A stretch of DNA of 64,000 nt from Candidatus Eiseniibacteriota bacterium (GTDB taxonomy: Bacteria > Eisenbacteria > RBG-16-71-46). Location: positions 608,001-672,000 of the forward strand of contig CAVQXP010000004.1 in NCBI GenBank assembly GCA_963717935.1. The letters are read 5' to 3'. Under the pieces are notes generated by a model. It did not search any database. It was not told the origin of the DNA and worked only from the letters and a program-made list of their open reading frames with translations. A program made the position numbers and the translations under genes. Shown here one piece after another: positions 45,213 through 53,760 of the stretch (its first letter is position 1; every line of letters starts with the position of its first letter).

Positions 45213-45506
45213 CCTCGCGGGACCCCCTCGACATCCCGGAAACGGCGTCCCGATATTTCGTGAAACAGTCGTCTATTTGGAATCCTGCAGACTGGCAACA
45301 TGATGCCGCACATATGAATTGCCGATTTGTCCAAAATCACGACATTTCGTGAATAACCGACTTGAAGGGAAGTGACTGCGGGCTCTCCCGCGACCCCCTC
45401 GGAGGCGCCTCGCCCGCTCGCCGGAACGCTCGAAAGAGCACGTCCCGGCCCTGGCCGAACGTCGCTCTGCGGGCATCCGTGATGGGTCCCGTCGAGCTGC
45501 TCTTCG

Positions 45507-45965
45507 CTAGCTCGCCGCGGCGAGATCCTCGTCTGGCGCATGCAGGGCACGGAGGCGCTCGCACACCTTCTCGACCCGCATCGCGCTCACCGTCTCGACC
45601 GAATAGGGCTCGTCCCAGATCAGGTTCCCGCGCAGCCAGACTCTCAGTTCGGGGTGGGCCTGCAGGAGGGTGAGACCGGTTCGTCCCTTGAGCTGTCGGA
45701 CGGTGCCCGAGACACTCTGCGTGGGGCTCAGCCCGAGGACCAGATGGACGCGCTGCGGCGCGGCCGCGAACTCGACCAGAGTGAAGTCCAGCTCGTCACA
45801 GGTCTGCTGGATCAGGTCGCGGAGGGTTCTGACGTGGCGGTCCCTCAGCACCGGCCGGCGGCCCCGCGTACTCCAGGTGATCACGTAGTGGAGCTGGCTC
45901 CGGTAGACCGGCTCCCAGCGTCCACGCAATGCCTCATCGACCTCGGGGGCGAGATTGCGGTTCAT
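45507..45965 (-). CDS. IS200/IS605 TnpA (Y1 HUH) homologue with degenerate active site
   Basis: LHY.I.W.TR.RRPVL, VHL.L.L.P..SVS..V..LKG.T, .W...Y.V.TV motifs; DHVH is QRVH and YI.NQ is RLRAL; AGGAGG RBS. Confidence 0.85.
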   Translation of the reverse strand: MNRNLAPEVDEALRGRWEPVYRSQLHYVITWSTRGRRPVLRDRHVRTLRDLIQQTCDELDFTLVEFAAAPQRVHLVLGLSPTQSVSGTVRQLKGRTGLTLLQAHPELRVWLRGNLIWDEPYSVETVSAMRVEKVCERLRALHAPDEDLAAAS

Positions 45966-45983
45966 GTTCGTGCCTCCTGTTTG

Positions 45984-45999
45984 CTGAACATCCGTGCAG
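45984..45999 (-). promoter_or_regulatory. Putative LexA box upstream of the TnpA-like gene
   Basis: CTGCAC-GGAT-GTTCAG, 5 nt upstream of the SD; matches the palindrome in the lexA promoter. Confidence 0.75.
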
Positions 46000-46103
46000 T
46001 ACACGTACACACTTCTAGATGCCATCAACTGCCTGGGGGGTTCATCCGGTCGACCGCGGTCGCGACTCCCGGGCGGCCGGTGCCCCGGCCCCGGCCACGC
46101 GCC

Positions 46104-46703
46104 CTAGCCGCCCACGGTCCGCAGCACGCCGGTGACCACGCCCAGGATCCGGAAATCCTGGCCCTCGGTCACCTGGATGGGGTCGTATTTCTCGTTCGCC
46201 GGCACGAGCTCGATCCGGTCGGGCCGGGGCCGGTAGTACTTCACCGTGGCCTCCTCGCCGATCAGAGCCACCACGATCGCCCCGGGCTTTGCCTGGTCGC
46301 GCTGCCGGACGATGACGACGTCGCCCTCGAGGATGCCGGCGTCCACCATGCTGTCGCCCCGCACCCGCAGTGCGAACAAGTCGCTCGAGTCGCCAAACGC
46401 CTGTCCCACGTCCAGCCGGTCTTCGATGCACTCCTCGGCCAGGATGGGCTGGCCCGCCGCGACCCGGCCGATCAGCGGGACGCCGATGCCCCGCCCGGTC
46501 GAGGCCAGGCCGCAGCCCCGCGAGACCCCGCCACGGTGCTTCAGGTAGCCCGCCTTTTCGAGCATGGTCAGGTAGTAACGGACCCCGTTGGTCGATGAGA
46601 TGCCGAAGGCCTTCCCGATCTCGCGGATCGTGGGAGGCATGTCGTGCTCATGCTGGAAGCTCCGGATGTAGGACAGGATCTTTCGCGCTCGGTCGTTCAA
46701 CAT
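46104..46703 (-). CDS. lexA: SOS repressor LexA
   Basis: PPT.REI wHTH, GRVAAG cleavage site, GDSM catalytic Ser, ATVK catalytic Lys. Confidence 0.97.
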   Translation of the reverse strand: MLNDRARKILSYIRSFQHEHDMPPTIREIGKAFGISSTNGVRYYLTMLEKAGYLKHRGGVSRGCGLASTGRGIGVPLIGRVAAGQPILAEECIEDRLDVGQAFGDSSDLFALRVRGDSMVDAGILEGDVVIVRQRDQAKPGAIVVALIGEEATVKYYRPRPDRIELVPANEKYDPIQVTEGQDFRILGVVTGVLRTVGG

Positions 46704-46752
46704 GACTCGCGCCCCCGGTTGGCCTCGTCCACGATGGACGTCGACGGACGGC

Positions 46753-46782
46753 AGGTTAGTGCACAGGCGTGCAGCGTGTCAA
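46753..46782 (-). promoter_or_regulatory. lexA promoter with LexA-box-like palindrome in the spacer
   Basis: TTGACA-18 nt-TAACCT; the spacer contains CTGCAC-GCCT-GTGCAC (46759-46774). Confidence 0.8.
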
Positions 46783-47472
46783 GGGGCGATTTCGGGCCGT
46801 AACGGCGCGGGCTCCTGCTGGCCGGCGCCCCGTGCACGGCGGCTACGCCGCGTGACGCGGGGCGACAGCGACGCGAAGCGCAGGAGGTGCACCGGGCTCA
46901 GGACGTCCATGCGCTGACGCCGCCTGGTACTCCGTGGACAGTCGCGCCCGGCGGACGCTGTCACGCTCGGCGCGGCGGAGGCGATCGCCCCCGCGGGAAT
47001 CACGACTTGCGCGTTTCCGCCGTCCGCGTCACGTGTTGGTCCGCAGATTGCGATGGGTCGAGATCGAGGTCGCGAGACCTCTGCACGAGAGGCAAGGAGC
47101 GGGGGCCGGGTCCGTGGAGGTTGGCCGCAATCGGGGGCCGGTCGGCTGAAGCGATCCGCCCCGCCACCTTGTCGGTCGAGCAGGGCGATCAGGCCCGGCA
47201 CCACATGACCGTGGAGCCGGGCCCCGTCCTTTATAGGGTGCGCAGCGGTCTGCCACTTCCAGCGCTGGGTGAGCCCGGCAGACCCGTTGCGCGGCAGGGG
47301 GGCTCGCAGGACTTCCCGCGCGGGCCGTTGATGAACCCCGCTGCGCTTGGCGCTTCGCCGTGTGAATGGAGCGCGTCGTCGCTTCCTTGACTTCGCTCTG
47401 CGCCATCGCGAAGACTCCCCGCGCGCACCATCCGGTTCCGTGTCGTGTCCCGATCGCCTGGAGACCCCATCC

Positions 47473-49509
47473 ATGAGGCGTGCCCGCCAGTTCTTCACCT
47501 GCCTGTCGCTCCTCATGCTGTCGGTCCCTTCCGGCGCGGGCCCCGCGCGATGCGCCGCACCGGCGGACACGGCGAGCGTCGAGGTCGAGGGAGTGACCAT
47601 CTTCGGCACGCGCCCGCTCACGACGCGAGGCGGCAGCAGCGCCATTCGCGCCGTGCTCGATTCGCTGCCGATCCCGGCGGCCGGCAGCCTGGAGCAGGTG
47701 CTGCGCAGTCTGCCCGCGCTCCACGTGCGCACGAACAGCCGCGGCGAGGCCGAGCTCTCGGTGCGGGGCTCCGAATCGCGACAGGTGGCGGTGCTCCTCG
47801 ACGGTGTGCCGCTCACGCTGAGCTGGGATGGCCGCACCGACGTGTCGGTGATCCCGGTGGGCGCGCTCCAGCAGGTGACGCTGGTGCGAGGGCTCTCCAC
47901 GCTGCTCTCCGGACCGAACGTGCTCGGTGGCGCGATCGAGTTCGAGAGCGGCGCGGCCGGCGGACGGCCCGACCCGTCTTCGTTCCAGGTCCGCTCCGGC
48001 GCCGATCAGGTCGGGGCATTCGGCGCCTCGGCCACGATCACCGCTCCCAGGGCGACGCCGGGCGGGGTCCTCACCCTGCGTGCCGGGATCGGTCATCGTG
48101 ATGCCCCGGGCGTCCCGCTCGCCCGGGGGGTCGTCGAGCCGATCCCCTCGGATGATCTCAGGATCAACACGGACCTCACCGAGACCGACGGGTTCGCCTC
48201 GGCCCGCTTCGACCGTGGCGACGGGGGCTGGGTGTCGCTGGCCGGCTCCGCGTTCCGCGCCGAGCGAGGCATCGCCGCGGAACTGGGCGTGGACGGGCCC
48301 CGCTTCTGGCGCTATCCGTACGTCGCCCGCTCGCTCACGGTGCTTTCGGGCGGGAGCGGCGTGCGTCGCGCGCCCTGGGGCGGCGTATCGAGCCTGCGGG
48401 CGAGCTTCGGCCTCGACGTCGGCCGAACGGAGATCGACGCGTTCGATTCGCGGACCTACGAGAACCTCGTCAGCGAGGAAGACGGCGATCAGCGCACGCT
48501 CTCGATGCGCATCCTGGGGACACAGACGTTCGGCCGCCGGGCCGATCTCCGGCTCGGGGTCACGAGCGGCGATCTGACCTACGACGAGCACCTCCAGCCG
48601 GGCAGCACCAGCCGTTACCGGCACCGGCTGTGGAGCGTCGCCGGGGAGTCCATGGTCCGGCTGCCCTTCGCGGCCGGCGGCGGGCTGGACGAGATCGACC
48701 TGAGCCTGGGTGGGGCGTTCGACCGCTCCACCAACCCGCTCGCGGGCGGCAAGACCGCCCTCGGCCCTCGTAACGAGTGGGGCGGGCGCGCCGGCGTGAG
48801 CGCCCTGCTCGCCGACGGAGCCGTGACAATGCACGCGAGCACGAGCCGGCGGGCGCGATTCCCGTCGCTGCGCGAGCTCTACTCGGGGGCGCTCGGCAAG
48901 TTCGACCCCAACCCGGACCTCGTGCCCGAGAAGCTCGTCGCGACCGAGGCCGGCGTCACGCTGCGCGGTCCATCGGGAACGCTTCAGCTGGTCGGCTACC
49001 GGCAGCGCCTGAGCGACGCCGTCGTGCGCATCAAGGTCGGAAGCCTGTACCGCCGCGTGAACCAGGAGGGCATCCGGAGCACCGGGGTGGAGTTGCTGGG
49101 TTCGCGCACCATCGGGTGGCTCACGCTCGGAGGGAACCTCGTCGCCCAGTCGGTAGAGCTGCTCGATCCGAGCGCCGCGCTCGAACATCCCGAGAACCTG
49201 CCCGAGGTGAGCGGCGGCCTGCACGTGGAGATGTCGCTCCCGCACCGCCTGGCGCTCGGCGCGGGCACGCGTTACATCGGCGAGCAGTTCGCGATCGATC
49301 CCAACAGCGGGGACCTGGCCACGCTTCCCGCCCGTGCGCGGGTGGACGCGGATCTCGGCCACACCTGGAGCTTCGGACCGGGCCCGGGCGGGGTCTCGAC
49401 GCTCCACGCCCGGATCGCGGCGGAGAACCTGACGGACGAAGCGATCTACGACGCGTTCGGTCTCCCCGAGCCGGGCCGCACGATCCGCCTCGAGCTGAGA
49501 CTGCAGTAG
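47473..49509 (+). CDS. TonB-dependent receptor
   Basis: Signal peptide, plug (VRG...V.VLLDG.P, V.LVRG....L.G....GG.I), NPDL.PE, ENLTD, GRT...L barrel end. Confidence 0.92.
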   Translation: MRRARQFFTCLSLLMLSVPSGAGPARCAAPADTASVEVEGVTIFGTRPLTTRGGSSAIRAVLDSLPIPAAGSLEQVLRSLPALHVRTNSRGEAELSVRGSESRQVAVLLDGVPLTLSWDGRTDVSVIPVGALQQVTLVRGLSTLLSGPNVLGGAIEFESGAAGGRPDPSSFQVRSGADQVGAFGASATITAPRATPGGVLTLRAGIGHRDAPGVPLARGVVEPIPSDDLRINTDLTETDGFASARFDRGDGGWVSLAGSAFRAERGIAAELGVDGPRFWRYPYVARSLTVLSGGSGVRRAPWGGVSSLRASFGLDVGRTEIDAFDSRTYENLVSEEDGDQRTLSMRILGTQTFGRRADLRLGVTSGDLTYDEHLQPGSTSRYRHRLWSVAGESMVRLPFAAGGGLDEIDLSLGGAFDRSTNPLAGGKTALGPRNEWGGRAGVSALLADGAVTMHASTSRRARFPSLRELYSGALGKFDPNPDLVPEKLVATEAGVTLRGPSGTLQLVGYRQRLSDAVVRIKVGSLYRRVNQEGIRSTGVELLGSRTIGWLTLGGNLVAQSVELLDPSAALEHPENLPEVSGGLHVEMSLPHRLALGAGTRYIGEQFAIDPNSGDLATLPARARVDADLGHTWSFGPGPGGVSTLHARIAAENLTDEAIYDAFGLPEPGRTIRLELRLQ

Positions 49510-49529
49510 CGGCGCAGCGTTCCCGCCCC

Positions 49530-50465
49530 ATGTCCGTCCGCCGCCCAGCCCTGCTCTACCCGGCGATGATGCTCAACGTGCTGATCGCGGCGGGCACGTT
49601 CCTCATCGCCAAGTCCACGCTCCGGGAATTCCCCCCGCTCGTGCTGGCGCTCGTGCGCTTCGTCCTCGCCACCTGCGTGCTGTGGCCGGTGGCGCGGCTC
49701 CTGCGGCCCGGCAAGCGCATCGCGCGCGAGGACCGCGGCCGCATCCTCCTGCTCGGGCTCCTGGCCATCCCGCTGAACCAGGGCCTGTTCCTCTATGGGA
49801 TGCGCTGGGCCAGCGCGACGCACGCGGCGCTCCTCTACGCGCTGACCCCGACCTTCATCATCCTGATCGCCACGGCGCGTGGGACCCGGCCCTCGCTGCG
49901 GCAGGTCGCCGGCATCGGGCTCGCGTTCGCCGGCGTGCTCACGCTCCTGCTCCAGCGGGGGCTTCACTTCGACCCGAACTCCCTCTCCGGGGATCTGCTC
50001 ATCCTCGCGGCCGTCGTGGCCTGGGCCTTCTACCTCTACCTGGGCCGCGGCCTGACGCGCCGCCACGGGCCCATCCTCGTGACCAGCGAGTCGCTGCTCG
50101 CGGGCACGCTCATGTTCCTGCCCATCGGCCTCGTGGCCCTGTGGGGCTTCGATTTCCGAACGGTCTCGCCGGCGGGCTGGTCGGGCGTCTTCTACCTGGC
50201 CTGGCTCACTTCGGGGGTGAACTACCTCATCTTCTTCTGGGGCATCGAGCACATCGGGCCGGCCGCGGTGGCCGTGTGGTCGAACCTGCAGCCACCCGCC
50301 ACGGCGGCCATGGCGTGGGCGTTGCTCCACGAGGCCCTGCCTGCCGGCTTCCTGCTCTCGGCCGCGCTGGTCCTGGGCGGCGTGTGGATCGCGCTGGGGG
50401 CGGGGCCCGACCGGCCGCCGCCGGGCCACGAGCCCGTGGTCCCGCCGCTCGCGAGCGGGGGTTAG
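49530..50465 (+). CDS. DMT/EamA family transporter
   Basis: 10 TM, two EamA repeats. Confidence 0.9.
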   Translation: MSVRRPALLYPAMMLNVLIAAGTFLIAKSTLREFPPLVLALVRFVLATCVLWPVARLLRPGKRIAREDRGRILLLGLLAIPLNQGLFLYGMRWASATHAALLYALTPTFIILIATARGTRPSLRQVAGIGLAFAGVLTLLLQRGLHFDPNSLSGDLLILAAVVAWAFYLYLGRGLTRRHGPILVTSESLLAGTLMFLPIGLVALWGFDFRTVSPAGWSGVFYLAWLTSGVNYLIFFWGIEHIGPAAVAVWSNLQPPATAAMAWALLHEALPAGFLLSAALVLGGVWIALGAGPDRPPPGHEPVVPPLASGG

Positions 50466-50504
50466 CGGCCGGGGGGCGGGCTCGGCTACCCTGCGGTGAC
50501 CGAC

Positions 50505-51425
50505 ATGAGCACCGCCACCGCCGCCCTCCGCCCGCTGGCCCGCCTGCGCACCTACGCCTCGTTCGTGCGCTTCGAGCACACGCTCTTCACCCTGCCGCTC
50601 ATCCTGGCCGGGATCTTCAGCGCGCCCCGGCCCGCGATGGACGCCGGACGCTGGCTGCTGATCGCGCTCGCCGCGGTCGGCGCGCGCACCACCGCGATGT
50701 CGCTCAACCGGCTCATCGACCGCCGGCTGGATGCGCTCAATCCGCGCACCCGGGTGCGTGAGTTGCCGAGCGGCGCGATGAAGGTGGCGGAGGCGTGGGG
50801 CCTGCTCGCCGGATCGCTGGCGGCGTACGTCGCGGCCTGCTGGGCGCTCGACCCGGCGGGGCATCTCTATCTGAAGCTGGCCGCCGTCCCGGTCGCGGTC
50901 TTCACGCTCTACCCGTACGCGAAGCGCTTCACGCCCTTCTGCCACCTCGGGGTCGGTGCGGGGATCGGGCTGGCGCCGCTCGCGGGCTACGCCGCGGCGC
51001 ATCCCGATCTCGCCAGCCCCTGGGCCGCGCTCTGGCTCGGCGCCTTCACGTTCCTCTGGGGGAGCGGTTTCGACATCATCTACTCGACGCTCGACGAGGA
51101 CTCGGACCGCGCGAACGGTGTCCGGTCCATGGTCGTGTGGCTCGGACGCGGGCGGGCGCTCGAGGTGTCGGCGTGGCTGCACCGCGCGGCGCAACTCTGC
51201 CTCATCCCGATGGTGGCGCAGGTGCTGCTCGCGGCCGGGCAGCCGCTGCCGTCCTTCGCGGCGTTCGCGGCGTTCTTCGTCTGGTTCGGCGCCGGCGTGC
51301 TGCTGTACCTCGAACAGAAATGGGCCGAGGACGTGAACCTCGCCTTCTTCAAGGTGAACGTCTGGGTGGGTGCGGTGGTGCTCGCCCTGGTGCTGGTGAC
51401 CCGCGCGGCGGGCGGAGGCTTCTGA
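50505..51425 (+). CDS. UbiA-family prenyltransferase (MqnP-like)
   Basis: FEHT.F.LP, NRLID...D..NPRT..R.LP, Y.Y.KR, DIIY...D...D. Confidence 0.9.
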   Translation: MSTATAALRPLARLRTYASFVRFEHTLFTLPLILAGIFSAPRPAMDAGRWLLIALAAVGARTTAMSLNRLIDRRLDALNPRTRVRELPSGAMKVAEAWGLLAGSLAAYVAACWALDPAGHLYLKLAAVPVAVFTLYPYAKRFTPFCHLGVGAGIGLAPLAGYAAAHPDLASPWAALWLGAFTFLWGSGFDIIYSTLDEDSDRANGVRSMVVWLGRGRALEVSAWLHRAAQLCLIPMVAQVLLAAGQPLPSFAAFAAFFVWFGAGVLLYLEQKWAEDVNLAFFKVNVWVGAVVLALVLVTRAAGGGF

Positions 51426-51426
51426 C

Positions 51427-51981
51427 ATGGCGCGTTACCTGATCGGCATGACCGGCGCCTCGGGCAGCGTCTACGGCGTGGATTTCATCCGGCGCTGCCC
51501 CGGCGAGAAGTACCTCGTACTCTCCGACTGGGCGCGCCAGGTGCTGCACTCGGAGACCGGGCTCAAGCCCTCCGACCTCGAGCCGCACGTGAAGCGGATC
51601 TTCGCCGACGCGGACCTCGCCGCGCCGTTCTCCTCGGGCAGCAACCGCCACGACGCCTATGTCATCCTGCCCTGCACGGTCTCGACGCTCGCCAAGATCG
51701 CCGTCGGCATCGCCGACTCGCTCATCACGCGCGCGGCCGCTGTCGCACTCAAGGAGCGCATGCGCATGATCGTCTGCGTGCGCGAGACGCCGCTCTCGAC
51801 CATCGCGCTCGAGAACATGCACAGGCTCTCCCGCGAGGGCGTCATCGTGATGCCGGTCTCGCCGCCCTGGTACGGGAAGCCGGAGAAGCTGGACGACCTC
51901 GTGGCCGGCTTCACGGACAAGCTCCTCGCCCTGCTCGGCGAATCGGCCGGCCCGGCCTGGCGCGAGGAGGAGCTGGAGTGA
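51427..51981 (+). CDS. ubiX: Flavin prenyltransferase
   Basis: TGASG, SSGS, PC...TL, RAA.V.LKER, RETP. Confidence 0.93.
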   Translation: MARYLIGMTGASGSVYGVDFIRRCPGEKYLVLSDWARQVLHSETGLKPSDLEPHVKRIFADADLAAPFSSGSNRHDAYVILPCTVSTLAKIAVGIADSLITRAAAVALKERMRMIVCVRETPLSTIALENMHRLSREGVIVMPVSPPWYGKPEKLDDLVAGFTDKLLALLGESAGPAWREEELE

Positions 51982-53747
51982 AGGGCTTCCGCACGCTCGG
52001 CGACTTCCTCGCCGACCTCGAGCGCCGCGGCGACCTGAAGCGCGTGACGCGCGAAGTGGACCCGGAGTGCGAGGTCGCCGAGATCGCCTGCCGCGAGGCG
52101 AAGGCCGAGGGCCCGGCGCTGCTGTTCGAGAACGTGCGCGGGGCGCGCTTCCCGCTGGCCGTGAACGTGCTCGCCGCCGCGCGCCGCATCGAGTGGGCGC
52201 TGGGCCGCGCGCCCGCCGCGGTCGGCGCGGAGCTCGAGGAGATCTTCCACGCGTTGCCGCCCCGGCGGCTCGCCGACCTCTGGCGCCTGCGCGGCAGTGC
52301 CGCGCGCGTGCTGGCCATGCGGCCGAAGACGCTCGCACGCGGCCCCGCGCAGGAGCAGGAGATCGGCGCCGACCTCGAGGCACTGCCGATCCTCAAGCTG
52401 TGGCCGAAGGACGGCGGGCGCTTCCTCACCTTCCCGCTGGTGCTCACCGAGCACCCCGAGACCGGGGTCCGCAACCTCGGCGTCTATCGCATGCACGTCT
52501 TCGACGGGCAGACCACCGGCATGCACTGGCAGATCGGCAAGGGCGGCGGGTTCCACCACCACGCGGCGGAGAAACGGGGCCAGGCGCTCGAGGTCGCGGT
52601 CGCGGTGGGCGCCGACCCCGCGACGCTGCTCGCCAGCGTGGCGCCGCTGCCCGAGGGCGTGGACGAGCTGGCGTTCGCGGGCTTCCTGCGCGGCAGCCCC
52701 ACGCGGCTCGCGCCCGGAACGAAGCTGCGCATGGCCGTGCCGGCGGACGCGGAGTTCGTCGTCGAGGGCGTCGTCCCGGCGGGCGAGCGCCACCTCGAAG
52801 GCCCCTTCGGCGACCACTTCGGTCACTACTCGCACGCCGCGGACTTCCCCGTCTTCCACGTGCGCAACGTCACCCATCGCGCGCGGCCGGTCTTCCAGGC
52901 GAGTGTCGTCGGCAAGCCTCCCCAGGAGGACAAGTTCATGGGCGAGGCGGTGCAGGAGATGTTCACCGGCGTGCTCAAGGTCCTCCACCCCGAGATCCGC
53001 GACCTGTGGGCGTACTTCGAGGCCGGCTTCCACAACCTGCTGGTGGTCGCGGTGGAGAACCGCTTCGCGAAGGAGGCGAAGAAGACCGCGCTCGCCCTGA
53101 TGGGCACGGGGCAGCTCTCGCTCACCAAGGTCATCGTGCTGGTGGACGCCGGGGTGAACCCGCGCGACCGCGCCGCGGTGTTCGGGGCGATCGCGCGCAA
53201 CTTCGACCCGGCCGAGGACCTGATCCTGCTGCCCGGCGTGCCGCTCGACACGCTCGACTTCACCTCCGGCACCATGAACCTCGGCAGCAAGCTGGTGCTC
53301 GACGCGCAGACGAAGCCGGGGCGCGCGCCGGTCGCGCCGCTCGCGAGCGTGGCGGACCCCCGGGCCTTCGACGAGCGCATCGCGGCGTGGCGGCTGGCCT
53401 GGGGCGGGATGCTGGTCGTGCAGTTGAAGGAAGGCGCCGGTGGGCGCGAGGTCGTCGAGCGGCTCGTGCGCCGCCCGGAGCACGCGGCCGTGAAGCTCAT
53501 CGTCGCGGTGAGCGCGGACGTCCCGCTCGACGACGACGAACTGCTGCTCTGGGGCATCTTCACGCGCTTCGACTGCGCCCGCGACGTCGTGCCCGCGCAG
53601 ACGGAGACGCGCGGCGCCTGGCTCACCTGCCGCGGCCCGCTCGGCATCGACGCGACCTGGAAGCGAGGTTACCCCGAGCCGGTGGCGAACACGCCGGAGC
53701 TGGTGGCGAAGGTGGACGGGTGGTGGGGGAAGGGCTCGGCGGGGTAG
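51978..53747 (+). CDS. UbiD-family prFMN decarboxylase (menaquinone MqnL-like)
   Basis: WP.DGG, N.G.YR, EGPFGDH.G.Y, GKPP.ED, D.LD, GIDAT.K. Confidence 0.92.
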   Translation: MKGFRTLGDFLADLERRGDLKRVTREVDPECEVAEIACREAKAEGPALLFENVRGARFPLAVNVLAAARRIEWALGRAPAAVGAELEEIFHALPPRRLADLWRLRGSAARVLAMRPKTLARGPAQEQEIGADLEALPILKLWPKDGGRFLTFPLVLTEHPETGVRNLGVYRMHVFDGQTTGMHWQIGKGGGFHHHAAEKRGQALEVAVAVGADPATLLASVAPLPEGVDELAFAGFLRGSPTRLAPGTKLRMAVPADAEFVVEGVVPAGERHLEGPFGDHFGHYSHAADFPVFHVRNVTHRARPVFQASVVGKPPQEDKFMGEAVQEMFTGVLKVLHPEIRDLWAYFEAGFHNLLVVAVENRFAKEAKKTALALMGTGQLSLTKVIVLVDAGVNPRDRAAVFGAIARNFDPAEDLILLPGVPLDTLDFTSGTMNLGSKLVLDAQTKPGRAPVAPLASVADPRAFDERIAAWRLAWGGMLVVQLKEGAGGREVVERLVRRPEHAAVKLIVAVSADVPLDDDELLLWGIFTRFDCARDVVPAQTETRGAWLTCRGPLGIDATWKRGYPEPVANTPELVAKVDGWWGKGSAG

Positions 53748-53760
53748 CGCCCCTCCAGGG

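Noticed and set aside
45293..45307. Sigma54 promoter (TGGCA...TGC)
   Set aside because: GG-to-GC spacing is 9 nt on both strands rather than the required 10.
45248..45360. oriC or dif
   Set aside because: No DnaA boxes or XerC/D consensus recognised.
45410..45506. Group II intron
   Set aside because: Only a D5-like hairpin; the triad pairing is imperfect, there is no room for D1-D4, and there is no RT ORF.
45507..45965. Active IS200/IS605 element
   Set aside because: Catalytic His and Tyr are missing, there is no tnpB, and I could not define clear left and right ends.
47099..47166. tRNA-like stem ending in GCCA
   Set aside because: No T-loop (GTTCRA), D-arm or anticodon arm.
46790..47472. 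Cobalamin or TPP riboswitch before the TonB receptor
   Set aside because: Core motifs (GGGAA...GCCACTG B12 box; CTGAGA) were not found in the right arrangement.
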